A stretch of 64,000 nucleotides of DNA from Chrysomallon squamiferum (taxonomy: Eukaryota > Animalia > Mollusca). The notes under the pieces are model-generated. The model was not told the origin of the DNA and did no database searches. It was given only the letters and a program-made list of their open reading frames with translations. The stretch is taken from NCBI GenBank assembly GCA_012295275.1, contig CM022665.1, positions 27,838,001 to 27,902,000 of the forward strand, written 5' to 3'. A program made the position numbers and the translations under genes. Each line of letters starts with the position of its first letter. Positions within the stretch are counted from its first letter, which is position 1. Positions 1 to 13,565 of this stretch are shown here, one piece after another.

Positions 1-95
1 AGCTAAATACCTATTTTCATCATAATAATAGTCAGATGCTTGTAAGACAAGTGTGTATTTATTTAATTTTAATTATATGTTTTTTGAAATATCAG

Positions 96-304
96 AAAGA
101 TGCGAATGGAAAATAGATCAAGGAATGGTTTGTGATGATCTGCCTGATGAGGAGGAAGAAAACATATCGCCTTTGTTGATGTGGTTTTACGGCTACAAAA
201 CGAACTCGTGTGTCCAGTTAGAGTATTTCGGATGCGGCGGCAACTACAACAGATTTGATAATTACACCGATTGCTTTTACACGTGTGTTGAAGATATGTT
301 TTGA
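96..304 (+). CDS. Kunitz gene 1, terminal exon only (signal exon lies upstream of the window)
   Basis: CAG acceptor at 93-95, phase 1. RCEWKIDQGMVCDDLPDEEEENISPLLMWFYGYKTNSCVQLEYFGCGGNYNRFDNYTDCFYTCVEDMF*; six Cys and the GCGGNxNRF motif. Confidence 0.9.
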
Positions 305-456
305 GTTGTTTGTTGATTTGGTTTATTCTATTCTGTTTTATTTTATTTTACTTTACTATAATCCATAAAATGTAAACAAACTCTTTTTTTTTTTTTTTGT
401 GGGGGACTTGAAAAAAAAAAATTAAAATATCATCCTGTTTATATTATTTCTTACCT

Positions 457-489
<33 letters not shown>

Positions 490-857
490 GAAAAGTAAAA
501 ATGAAGGAAAAGAAGAACATTATCCTGCATTAATGTAACTGACCTTTTGAAAATTGCTTCATAATTTTGTTTCACTATTTTATCAAAGAAAGGAATATTT
601 AATATGATGTGCAGGATCTGACAAACATATCATACATGTTCTGTTAGATTACAGACAACGCTTTATTAAAGCTCAGCACAGGTAGAATGTTTCTACATCT
701 TTTTAGAAGCAAAGATGGAGGGTTTGGGTTTTATATTTTTGCTACGGTTTATTATCAGCTTAAAGAATAACAGTCAGTTTATAAGTTAGGTGTTCATAAA
801 AAATATGGAATAAATTATTATTTAAGGGATCTTTCAGTCTGGTCTTGCAGACTTTTC

Positions 858-888
<31 letters not shown>

Positions 889-1330
889 TTAATTAATCTC
901 TATATTCTTTTCTTTACTACATATCGCCGTGTGAAAGCATATTTCTTTTAGCTGAGAATTTTTATCACAAAAATACAAAGATAGCAACAGTCATTAAACA
1001 GTCCTTGAATTTATTATTTATTTTTAATCGCTGACAGGCTGAAACATTTTGTATTTCATAATTCAGCAAACTTTAATGTACTATGTCTCTGAACTTGATT
1101 TGATTTTTTGTTTTGTTTTTTTCTAGCTGGAAAAATGATGCGACTGCAGTCATGAATCGGCCATTTTTCCTGGAGACAGTATTGGAAAGTGACAGCTTCC
1201 TCTATGAAATTCTCTACATCATATTAAAATTTAACTCATTAATCTGAATAAAGAACAGCAGCTTAATTTGTTTTAGTTTTTATAACTGTCTTACCTGTGG
1301 TATGTGTGTGTATATGTATATATATATAGA

Positions 1331-1398
1331 ATTATTAAGATCTGTTTAAATAATAATTTAATATATATAAAAGTATTATTTAAACAGGTCTTAATAAT
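1331..1398. repeat. 25-bp inverted repeat with 18-nt spacer
   Basis: attattaagatctgtttaaataata (1331-1355) pairs with tattatttaaacaggtcttaataat (1374-1398); one mismatch. Confidence 0.85.
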
Positions 1399-1600
1399 GT
1401 GTTTCAACGTAGTTTTGTGATTTTAACATTTACATCAATTCCTGCGAAACTGAATTATATTTATAATAAGAACTGTAAACTACCAACACATCTGTGAACT
1501 GTGTTGTATTCACTGTTGGTGGAATATTAGCCAACAGTTTTCATTATAGTGAGAATGAAAAATCAGAAAAAACAAAAAAAAATCTTTAAATCTTAAATCT

Positions 1601-1643
<43 letters not shown>

Positions 1644-1910
1644 GCACAGTCACACACATTACGAGCTACGGTATCGCTATTATTGATAAATCGAACTCAT
1701 GGATCAGTGACGTTGTCTACCCATCTAAACCGGTGACGTCACTGAATACACGTTATTACCAGAAAATAGTAATTTCGTTGTCGACTTAAGTAGTTTCTTT
1801 ATTTTAGATGAATTAAGAAGGTGCGTGTTTTATTTGCACAATAAAGCTGTGATACCTTTGATATCCTGAACTAACTATAAGTTTAACAATTGTATTTCTT
1901 CACATTCGTG

Positions 1911-2432
1911 ATGAAGATTCTTATTACATTTATGTTCTTTCTGATGTTGTACAGAGCTTCTGCGTCAAGTGAGTACATTCATTAATTATGAATACGGTAC
2001 ATATAAATGTAGAAAAATCATTTTCATAATACAAGAGTTAATCATTATTTAGTAAGTTACGTTTTTATTGATCCATTTATTTTTTTTATCTTACAAAACC
2101 GTCGATAACACGATGCCAGTCTGTTTCTTAAATCAAAAGTGACATTATCATCTTATGATCATCATTATCATCATCACCATTCGTATTAACAAAATTATAC
2201 TATTGAATTTTAATATGTATTTATGTCAGATGTATGTGGTATGAGAATTGATCAAGGAATGATGTGCGATGAAGATGCTGATGATGACAGTCAAAACATG
2301 AATCCGAAGATGAGGTGGTTTTTCAGCTCCAAGACGAATTCGTGTTTTGAACTGGAGTATTTCGGATGTGGAGGAAACGGCAACAGATTCAAAACCAAAA
2401 TTGCATGCATGGATAAGTGTGTGGACAACTGA
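1911..2432 (+). CDS. Kunitz gene 2, secreted single domain with acidic loop
   Basis: Exon 1911-1968 (MKILITFMFFLMLYRASAS, donor GTGAGT) and exon 2230-2432 (VCGMRIDQGMMCDEDADDDSQNMNPKMRWFF...GCGGNGNRF...CMDKCVDN*); phase-1 junction in frame. Confidence 0.88.
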
Positions 2433-2523
2433 TACTGAAATTTGTTCATCATCATCCAATTTATTTATGAAATCACTGCTATTATTACATGCAGTGTGTA
2501 AATGTTTATATGCGACATTACCA

Positions 2524-2580
<57 letters not shown>

Positions 2581-3304
2581 AATCTATTTATAAACATTTA
2601 AAAATAAAATTTATTCAGATACAAAAATAACTATGTTTAAAAATAAAATTTAATAAAAAGAAAACTTGTTTCTCTTTGTTTATGATATAGTTGAGATTAA
2701 TAAAAATGTAGTTAACTTTATTACCAGTACTGCTATTACTGCGACAGTAATTACTAATATTACTTCTTGTACCTCTACTACTCTTACAACTATTACTATG
2801 TAGTAGCACCACCACAACTACTGCTACAACTACTGCTATAACTACTGCTACATATAGTACAACGATTACATCTTACAACATTACTACTATTACAGTTAGT
2901 TTTACTGTTTGTGCTATTACCACTATCACCACCATAACCTCCATTTCTAACACTGCTGCTCCTACTGGTATTACTACTAGTGCTGTTACTACTACAACTG
3001 CTTCAACTACTACTACCACTACTAGATTTGCTACTACTATTAATACTTCTACTACTGCTACCACTTCTACAGCTACTACTACTACTACTTCTATCACTGC
3101 TATTATTATTATTATTATTATTCAACAGCTGATGTGTTTTACATGCTGCAAAATCTCTAGATATTCATTCATTCATAAACTGAAATCAGATGTCAGTGAC
3201 GTGGTCTTCCTGTCAGGTGTCAGTGACGTCACTAAACACACGTTATTACCAGACGATAGTAAGTTTCTTTTTGATAGCTTTATTTTCTGCCATTTTCATA
3301 ATTT

Positions 3305-3700
3305 ATGATGAATGTTGTCTATTTGTTAATGCTTTCAATACTGTTACACAGAGCTTCTGGATTAAGTGAGTATTTTTAATGCAAATGTTATTACATTGTT
3401 AAATACCGTACCTTATGCTACATGGCATATTACAAAATATGATGCGACTTATACAGATTTGGTGTTAGTAACAGATAGTGGTTAGAGCGTCTGTTATTTC
3501 CCGTTCCAGTTATGAGTCTGCGACTGATATATCAAAAACATTTGTTTGTGTTTTACTATCCACGGAAGGTGAATATAAAAGGATTGGTTTCTGCTAATCA
3601 ATAAGCAAAAGATTACTGACATGATTTTATTTCTTGATATGTTTATGGAGTTTTGATAAATAATACTAAAATATCTTTTATTTATTTATTTTTAATTTAA

Positions 3701-3759
<59 letters not shown>

Positions 3760-4268
3760 TTGACTTTATTATTATTATTATTTTACAAATCTGAATAACA
3801 AGGACGAAGATATTAACGCTCACCATTGTACTCTCATCACCACAGTCATCATTATTAATATCAACATTGTTATCTTTGTACATTAATTAACTGAATGTAC
3901 AGTTTTATTATTAACTAATCTAAATATCACCTATGTGGGGACTATTAAATTATTTATATGTGTGTGTGCGTGCGTGTGTGTGTGAGTGTGTGTGTGGGGG
4001 GGTGTCAGTGTGTGTGTGTGTGCGTGTGTGTGTGTGTGTTACTAATCATTTACTACTAACACCAGGACGCTGCCGTATGAAAATAGATCAAGGAACTGCG
4101 TGTGATGAACATGGTGAAATTGAATACGAAGACGCCGCGCCAATGATGAGGTGGTTCTACAGCAAGAAGACGAATTCGTGTGTGAAGATGGAGTATTTCG
4201 GCTGCGGGGGAAATGGCAACAGATTTAAAAGTCAAACTGCATGCAAAAATATCTGTGTATTTACCTGA
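3305..4268 (+). CDS. Kunitz gene 3
   Basis: Exon 3305-3365 (MMNVVYLLMLSILLHRASGL, donor GTGAGT) and exon 4066-4268 (RCRMKIDQGTACDEHGEIEYEDAAPMMRWFY...CKNICVFT*). Confidence 0.86.
3460..3610 (+). mobile_element. Decayed tRNA-derived SINE fragment in the gene 3 intron
   Basis: A-box-like TAGTGGTTAGAGCG followed by tttcccgttccag...cgactgatatatcaaa...gaatataaaagga...tgctaatc, which I recall as resembling the core of a widespread molluscan SINE; recalled, not searched. Confidence 0.45.
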
Positions 4269-4371
4269 TTTCGAGTTTTGTTATTATTTAATTGTTCAAT
4301 ATAGACAGCATCAGCATTTTTTGGATATATGATATTTATCATTATTATCATCATCATCGTCATCATCATCG

Positions 4372-4418
<47 letters not shown>

Positions 4419-4606
4419 GTTATTACTAAGATGTCTTGTACGAAAAAGGTTTACTTATTTTTTAAATTTAATTTTGTCAGCATTTGTAATGTATTTAGAT
4501 ACTAATTTGCTTTAAAGAATATTAAAAGTGAAAATAAAATACAGTTTGATAACTGGAAGTAACTAAAATGTTTTAGCTGATGTTTAAACTAGTTACAAAA
4601 TAACTA

Positions 4607-4638
<32 letters not shown>

Positions 4639-6065
4639 CACTACTATTCCCACTACTCCCACTAATACTGCTACCACTGTGACTAATTATATTACTATTA
4701 CTTCTTTTATGGTTGCTATACTACTGTTAATATTAATATTAATGTAGTTTTAATGTTTTAAATCCATGATAACCTTCATCCATCTGACAAATTCATCTTC
4801 AGTGTTAAACGCGCTGGGTAGTTTGATGATCTTAGCTAAACTCAGATTTGTCTTATATAACACAAACATACATACTCAGAAATATATTCATGTACAAATA
4901 CATGCCTACACACGCGAACACAGACATAGCATACTGCCACACTGTGACGTTGGATGCAGTTGCAACTAATAGTGTTGTAATTGTCTATAATTTGTTTGTG
5001 TGTATGTCTGTCTGTCTGTATCTGTGAGTTGTGTTTGTGAGATAATCCACACCGTATATTCAAACAGATACTGAAATAATGATTAACAACAAACCAACAA
5101 ACATACACACGCACACATACAAAACAGATACACACACTAATAAATAGGTTCGTGGATTTATTAGCTAACTTAATTTGCTGATAAAACAGACGTTCAGTTT
5201 ATGTCTGAGTTATGCAATCGAAGGAAACTAAAACGCGAAATGAGTTTTGGACGTCATCTCGGTTTAATGCAAATCGGGCTCCGGTTTGAGTTTCTGTTGG
5301 AAGAATGGTTTCGGTGATCCGTTATAGAACACAGTCGGCATCTCAGCCGAAATCTGTGGGCTGCTGGTAACTGGGTAACCAGTTTCGGTTAGGTGAGACT
5401 TTGACAAAATAAAACATCGTGCGACAGAACGTGTTACTTTTTCGCGACTAGTTAAGGATTTCACCAAAAGTGACGTCATCTAGTAATACGTCACCTAAGA
5501 AAACATTTTTTTGCTCGTTTCATGTCTACTATGCTAAATCTAACAGTCTTTTTAACATATTGAACAGTTTTTAATTAAATATGCCAAAGTAGTAGGTAAC
5601 TGGTAAAACTAAAAATGTATTAAAAAACAGCTTTTCACAGACATTTTATTTACATCTATGTTATACATTTTTAAATTGTTTTTTTAAAGTATTCTAGTGA
5701 TTTCCAACAAGTGAAAGTTATCTCAAGGCGTGGTAAGCTATTGAAGAAATGTTCACAAATTTCAATATTTAATTATTTCTTTAATAATATATCACATTAA
5801 TGTTGCAACTTTATTAGTGAATCATAATTTGAAAAAAAAAAAAAAAAATTGTTTTGGTATTTTCGTAGAACGTGGTTATTTTTCCAGTTCCATAACCTTC
5901 GCACCGTTATTTTCTCTCAAGTTCAGACCGTTAGGTCTAAACCGTTTTAACAACGAAGGTAACTTATCACACACGGACCAACTCGCCGAAGACTTACTGT
6001 CTAAATATGCGTTAGAGAACATGGATGAATAATCACTTGTTACTTTATTACGATAATGTGGATGG

Positions 6066-6167
6066 ATGTTCAGGAAGACGAGCATTAAGATGATAAAGTA
6101 TGTTCAGGAAGACGAGCATTAAGATGATAAAGTATGTTCAGGAAGACGAGCATTAAGATGATAAAGT
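6066..6167 (+). repeat. Three perfect copies of a 34-bp unit
   Basis: atgttcaggaagacgagcattaagatgataaagt at 6066, 6100 and 6134. Confidence 0.95.
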
Positions 6168-6190
6168 ATTTTCAACATTTCAGATTAAAA

Positions 6191-6889
6191 ATGAAGATGC
6201 TGATGTTCTTTCTTCCATTCCTGGTTGTTTCCTGTGTTTTTGCTGATGGTGAGGAATTACAAATTTACTTATTTACAGCATGGAAGAAACAGCTCACTTA
6301 TAACAAAATATCTCGTATTTCCACACACTCACACACACACACATACACACACACTCACACACACATACACACACACACAAACACACACACAGACACACAC
6401 ACAGACAAACAGTCATCGCTGTCTGTAACGGCTATCCTAGAGACCAGGCGAACATTGTTTTCATACTTATATAAATACACATGTAAACTTATATTAGGGT
6501 GAATAAAATACCTCTTTAAATGAACATAAACATGGATTGAACATTCCGATTCCTTTAATCAATTACAGCATTAATGGTAATATCCGGACAAAGCAGCTGC
6601 TTGAAACTAAAGTGATGATGAAGAGCTATAACAAACTCTAATAGTAAATGTCTAACATGTGTGAATTAGTTTTATTCTCTTTTCAGATCCCTGCTCCTTG
6701 CCCATACACTCAGGGGAACCGTGTTTAAGCAGCAAAAGTGAATCGCACGATCACTACCCCATACTGCAATACTACTACAACGCGACGACAAATAAATGCG
6801 AGGGATTCGTCTATTTTGGCTGTGGCGGAAACAGCAACCGATTTTTCTCTAAGGAACAGTGCATGAACCAGTGCGTCATGAAAGAGTAG
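6191..6889 (+). CDS. Kunitz gene 4 (divergent copy, P1 Leu, NAT sequon)
   Basis: Exon 6191-6248 (MKMLMFFLPFLVVSCVFAD, donor GTGAGG) and exon 6687-6889 (DPCSLPIHSGEPCLSSKSESHDHYPILQYYYNATTNKCEGFVYFGCGGNSNRF...CMNQCVMKE*). Confidence 0.9.
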
Positions 6890-7631
6890 TGTTATACTCC
6901 TGACGAATTTATGTATTAAAGTGTTTTAAGAATACGATCTTTTTTTTCTGTTTTATTTCATAATACAACACTCTCTGTAATTCTGCTGTGTGTTGAATGA
7001 TTGATTTCTGTACAATGGTATAGGAACATGGTTTCTCAGACAACTTCAGTAGTTTGTTTTTGAACGTCAGTGCTAGATCAGTTCATTATATTAGTTTTTA
7101 ACCAGATTAATTTGATTTAAAGGCAGCACTGTGTTATGCTATTGCCCTACCAACAGAATAATTAAACTGCTATATTCAAACACTGATAGATTATTACTGG
7201 TTTACTGTCGTGTATGGAATATAAACCATTATTTGTTTAGTATTATTCAGTTTAACGGCAACTGCCTTTTGTCAAAGTTCAGAATGTCTTAATATAAGAG
7301 ATTTTATTTATATAACAGAATAATACAAATTTTGTGCTGGCTTACTAATTAGACAAGTTTGTAAATTAAGGGGGAAAAACACTGCAATAACCTTTCAATC
7401 CTTGTCTAAAAAGATTTTTGAATTTTTTTTTTTTTTTTTTTCTAAAACAAGTCGACGAAAATCAAACACAAACCAATGTTACAAAAACAACAACCAAGCT
7501 GCGTTCAACGGGAAATTTAATTTACCTCTACGACAATTATAAATGTTATTTATAAGAGTTTCGAACAGATTAATTAAAAGAAATATATATTTTAATATTA
7601 ATGTGATTTAATTCACAAGATTATGTGATAA

Positions 7632-7957
7632 TTACTCCAAACACATATCAAGACAATTTGCTTCAGTTGGAAACCGGTTTGCGTTTCCTCCACAACCGAA
7701 GTATTTCAGTTTAATACAGCTGTCTGACTCCACGTCAAAAAACCATTTCATTGTTATCAAGAAATTATCTGAACCCACCATGTGAGCACATATCCTTCCC
7801 TGTTCTATTGCCATTTCACAGTTTCTATGGATCGCTCCTGTAATAATAACACCAACAGCAACAACAACAATAATAATAATAAGACGACGAAGAAGAAAAA
7901 GAAGAAATTATTGCACATAATTCGTTTCTGTAATAAGAAAATAATGCACATACACAC

Positions 7958-8016
<59 letters not shown>

Positions 8017-8249
8017 AAACATGGCCTAAAATGCCATAAATAACTAAATTTAAATATAAGTTGCCAAAAAAAATTATTAAAGAATACCATTATATGCATA
8101 TAATTTGATGAAAGATTAAATTAATTTAAAAAAGAAAAAGATGGTTTTATCTAAAAAGAATGATAATAAATAAAGAATAGAATCTCACCATCTGTGTTTA
8201 GAATGCAAACCAAAATTATTATGAGAAAGATGAACAGCAACCTGATCAT
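7632..8249 (-). CDS. Kunitz gene 5, the only inverted copy
   Basis: Minus exon 8249-8189 (MIRLLFIFLIIILVCILNTD, donor GTGAGA) and exon 7837-7632 (AIHRNCEMAIEQGRICAHMVGSDNFLITMKWFF...CLDMCLE*). Confidence 0.9.
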
Positions 8250-8520
8250 TCCTAAATCTGAAATGAATAATAAAAGAAATAGTTAATTAAGTTTAGATCA
8301 AAGTAAAACAACAACAATAACAACAATAATAATAAACAGAAATAATGTAAAACAAAATAGAACTATAAATATGTACCGTAATTATCAAAAGTGGAGACAG
8401 ATCATTTTCAAACCATTTTATACCGTATTTATCCTAAACAACATTTAAAACTGATTCTCCATTTAACCTTCAGAAATACGTTGTTTTTTTTTTTCACTTG
8501 GAAGAATAGAAAAAATATAT

Positions 8521-8536
8521 TGACGTCAGACGTCAT
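8521..8536. promoter_or_regulatory. CRE-like TGACGTCA-GACGTCA between divergent genes 5 and 6
   Basis: Palindromic CRE plus a second ACGTCA; same motif class as upstream of the other copies. Confidence 0.5.
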
Positions 8537-9077
8537 AGTAACAGCGCCATATTGGACAATTATTATCGCATGTTTGGTTAAGAACTCGGACATACTTATT
8601 TTTGATTTACCTATATGTGGACTTGTATACATGCATGTATTGGTTATTTCAAGGCATTTGGATTATGAATTTATAACCAGAAATCAAGAACTATATTTCA
8701 AAGTGCGTATTATGAGATGTAATTCGTTCATTACCATTCATCTTGCTGCAAGTGCTATTAACACATAAAAGCCGTTTATCACTGTTTACATTTTCCATAG
8801 AATTAGAAATAGAAACACAGGTAAATTAAAATATAGAGCTTGGTGTTCCTTAATAATAATAATAATAATTTATGCTTATTCACTTTTAAAATCATTAGAC
8901 ATTGTTATCCGCTGTTATAACAAATGATTTAAAAATATTAGGTACAGGGAGAATAACTAATTTTATTTTATGTAAACCAGCAGTTATGGATTGACTGATT
9001 GATTGATTGATTTACTTACTTACTTACTTACTTTCTAACTTACTTATGTAATTATCATATTTCTTTACAGATAAATA

Positions 9078-9171
9078 ATGAAATCTGCCATTATTTTCCT
9101 GATCATGCTACTGTTTTCCAAAGCGTTTAATTTAGAATATTTTCGTAAGTAATCTTAATTTTGTTTATTTA

Positions 9172-9205
<34 letters not shown>

Positions 9206-9224
9206 CACTCACTCACTCACTTGT

Positions 9225-9308
<84 letters not shown>

Positions 9309-9327
9309 TTATCTATCTATCTTTCTA

Positions 9328-9359
<32 letters not shown>

Positions 9360-9612
9360 GTTCTCTGAAAATGAGCTCACATTTGCATGGATATATTTAA
9401 TTTTTGTAGTATTACTCTCGATGAATACAGAACATTATATATATATATATATAAATATATATATTTCAAATCGCACTAGAATTAAAATTATTACATAACT
9501 AGCATACATATCCGTAATATATAATGTACCGTTATATGTATATGTTTCTACATACATTTGTATATTTATTTTAATCTTTCATTGAAACACATTTTCTCTC
9601 TCTGTTACACAC

Positions 9613-9647
<35 letters not shown>

Positions 9648-9938
9648 TCTTTTTAAAGATATACACGTGCAAACACGTTCACTCAGCGACACAATTAAAG
9701 TCAGATAAAATAACTTTCATTATTCTTTCTCTGTGAAGCTAAACATGTTGGTGTTTGTGAGTTACCACTGGACTATGGTCTGTGTCCGACAGATCTTCTT
9801 GTTGGCGATGCGTTTCCCAAATTGAAGTGGTTCTATAACTCCGAGTTAAGTAAATGTGTTAAGATGCTCTACTTTGGATGCGGAGGAAATGCCAACAGAT
9901 TTGCAGAAAAGGCTGATTGTATTGCACAGTGTTATTAA
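9078..9938 (+). CDS. Kunitz gene 6 (not in the ORF track)
   Basis: Exon 9078-9144 (MKSAIIFLIMLLFSKAFNLEYF, donor GTAAGT) and exon 9739-9938 (KHVGVCELPLDYGLCPTDLLVGDAFPKLKWFYNSELSKCVKMLYFGCGGNANRFAEKADCIAQCY*); AATAAA follows. Confidence 0.88.
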
Positions 9939-11030
9939 CAACTGATATAGAATAAAAAATATTAAGAGCTGAAATAAAACATGTTACTGTTATTTATTTA
10001 GTTTGGTTTGAAAAAAGTTCTCTTAATTAATAACATTTGTTAAAAATATACTAGCCGTCGATTTGAACTGTTTTTGTCTAGAAGCATACCACTGTTTAGT
10101 TTTGTTTTTAAAAATATGGATATTTAATTTGCCTAATTTTCATATGCATTTTTTAATATGAGACATTTATCATCATCATCATCATCATCATCATCATTAT
10201 TACTATTATTATTATTATTATTATAAACCAATCAGAGTTAGCTCCCTTACATTACGTCACAGCTTTGTTTATTTATTCGCAATATTTTCTATTTTCTACT
10301 GACATTAATATTTTATAGTGTTCATGTCTTCTCCAAAGTAATGTAGTTAATGAAATATTACAAAAAAAAATTAAATAAATTATGATGTGCTCTCATTAAA
10401 TGAGCGTTCCATTATCTATTTGGAGAATTAACAGCATTTAATTTACTTTTGAATCAGTACATTTTAAAAATCTTTTCTTTACAAGAAATCTTATAAACAG
10501 ATCAAAGGTAGGAAATATCCTGGTTTATTATAACGGTGATTGTGTATTTATTTATTTATTTTTATTATCTTTGTTAACTGTTTGTGGTTATTGTATATAT
10601 TTAGTTTTATTTGATTATTATTATTACTGCTGCTACTACTACTACTACTACTACTACAACTACTATTATTACTACTACTACTATTACTACTATTACTACT
10701 ACTACTACAACAACTACTACTACTTCTACTGCTACTGCTACTACAACTACTGCTACTACTACTACTACTACTACTGCTACTACTACTATATGTTTTGTTC
10801 TTAAGAAATATGGTAACGTCAGGGATGGGAAATTAAATTACTGTGTTACAATGTAGAAAAAATAACTGCTACATTAACTGAAATTTATAAAAAAGAGGAA
10901 AGTACAGAAGATATGGCGATTAAAATATAGACAGACAAATTATTGTTGTCTTCATTAAACAGAAATCATATATTAATATGTAAATATTAAGATTTAGTGT
11001 AATTTATTTATATAAATTTTCAGATACATT

Positions 11031-11292
11031 ATGAAATTCTTCATCACGAGTCTAGTTTTGCTAATATCAATCAGAGTATCAGGCATTGGTAAGTAAACAT
11101 TTTAAATCCATGTTCCAAGATATATTATCAGTAACTGAGAATAAAAAAACGTAAATTTCACACATAACTATAGTATTAAAATAATTATAATTTTATTATG
11201 CAGAAAAGATAATATTATGTTATATAACATACTTACTGTATACTTAATTCATAATATAACAGGGATTACGGTCTACGCTATTTAAAAAAGAT

Positions 11293-11340
<48 letters not shown>

Positions 11341-11751
11341 GTATATAATTAATAAGCAATAATTCAATATCTATAATACTATGAAAATATTATCTGCGTT
11401 TACGAAACCCCCGACATTCAGGCATGAATCAAATAAGTGACAACTTTTAAAGGCAGTGTTGCAAAGAAAATTAAAATACTGTGTAATGTGTATTCAGAAC
11501 CCTGCGACTTTCCAATACACCATGGTAGAGTCTGTCCCGACGATGAAGCTGAAATGAATGTGGCTATGAAGTGGTTCTACAACAGAGAGGTGGACAGATG
11601 TTTGAAACTGCGCTATCATGGATGTGGAGGAAACGCAAACAGATTCTCTTCCAAGCAACACTGTGTTGAGCTTTGTGTCGGTTAGTAACTATCAGGAATA
11701 GCTGTAGTATTGGAATTACTGGTTGTTGTTGTTGTTGTTGAAGTAGAGGTA

Positions 11752-11788
<37 letters not shown>

Positions 11789-11946
11789 TGTAGTAGTAGT
11801 TGTAGTAGTAGTTGTAGTAGTAATAGTAGCAGCAGCATGCGTATGTGTGTGTGTGTCTATGTATGTATGTATGTTTCTGCTTACCTATCTATCTGTGTAT
11901 GTATGTCTAAAATGTATAAAATAATTTGTTGTCATTATATTATTAT

Positions 11947-12033
<87 letters not shown>

Positions 12034-12304
12034 CATCCCTCTCAAAACTTTAACATTATAAGACTGCATCATATTTCTATAAAATATAATACTCCTCTAT
12101 GCAGACCCTTGTGGTAAGCCAGTAGATCTTGGGGTGGATTGTACGAACGACCAAGGTGTAAACCATGATTACTATCCTAAGTTACAGTGGTTCTTCAACG
12201 TCTCTGCCAACAAATGCCTAAGGTTTCAGTACACAGGTTGCGGAGGAAACGGCAACAGATTTCACAGCATGGACAAATGTAAGGATAAATGTATAGCAGA
12301 GTAG
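11031..12304 (+). CDS. Kunitz gene 7, probably two tandem domains
   Basis: Exons 11031-11088 (MKFFITSLVLLISIRVSGI), 11498-11680 (PCDFPIHHGRVCPDDEAEM...CVELCV, phase-1 donor GTTAGT) and 12105-12304 (PCGKPVDLGVDCTNDQGVNHDYYPKLQWFF...CKDKCIAE*). AATAAA seen only after the last exon. Confidence 0.8.
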
Positions 12305-12977
12305 TTTTCACAGTCTCTGTAATAAAGTGCTGAACGAACAAAACTGAATTCGTCTCTTTTTCTTTGTTTTAAAGATCAATTCGGCCGTCTGTATTATCGT
12401 GCATAAAAATTATAACGGTAATGATGATGATGATGATGATGAAAATTTATAAACAAACAAGCAAATAAATGAATGAATGAATGAATGAATGAATAAAGTA
12501 AAAATAGTAAAATAAATAAAGACCATCTCTTGTTTTGTTTGAAAAAATTGGACGTATATACTGTAAATTCGTAAGCAAAAGTGATTTAAGTATCTACTTT
12601 AACTATAAGGCACAAATAAAAATATATAAATAAATAAATAAATAAAGAAAAGAAAAATAAAAGAAATAATAAATAAAAACATTATTAAAAATACAATTCC
12701 AAAAATATTCACCTATAGTTTTAATTAATTTTTGTACAAAATAGATTTTCTTCTTTTAACCGATTACTTACTAATATTGTCGTCTTACAATAAATAAATA
12801 AATAAATTTAATAAAAATTCAAAAGTAAACACAGTGTTTTGTAAATGGAGCTATATTTACAGTTATTCTTTATAGTGTTACAGTACTTTGATAATTATTC
12901 GAACAAATAATAGTTTAGTTAAAACCAGAATTGAAAACCCAAAGAAATTACAAATTTATGCATATATTTCCATGTTA

Positions 12978-13017
<40 letters not shown>

Positions 13018-13565
13018 TATTTATTTTTTTTTTTTTAAATTAAATGCTGAAAATCGCACATTTTCTTAACTTAGCGCTCCTAACATCCAAGGCGATCATA
13101 GTTATCTCCCTTGACATATAGAAGAACGACTTTATCTACATGTTCTGTTTAACACGTTTTTTCTGTTTGTTATTGTTAATACATTACTGTGGTTATTTGA
13201 ACAATCAGCTGCTAATTGTTGTAAAACAAGTAAATAAAGTAGAAGGAAACGTTAACAGTAAGAACTATTTGCATTTGGCGCAGTGATAAATATTTCAACA
13301 GGTTGTGAAATTCAATCATAGTAAATATTGCAGACTACAACTTTAATCATTCTTTCCAAAGTGGATTAAGGTATGAATCTTTTAACAGCTGTTGATTTCA
13401 ATAAACTGAAAAATTAAAGTTTCTGTGCAGTTTAATTGTTTTGTTTTTTTTTTTTTGTTGTTGTTGTTTTGTTAATCTTATTTGTTTGTTTGTTTGTTTT
13501 AATTTGTTTGTTTGATTGTTTGCTTATTTATTTAATCTCATTTTATTATTTATTTCAGGTACATT

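Noticed and set aside
6066-6167. 34-bp repeats as a CRISPR array
   Set aside because: No spacers, no cas genes, and the context is eukaryotic.
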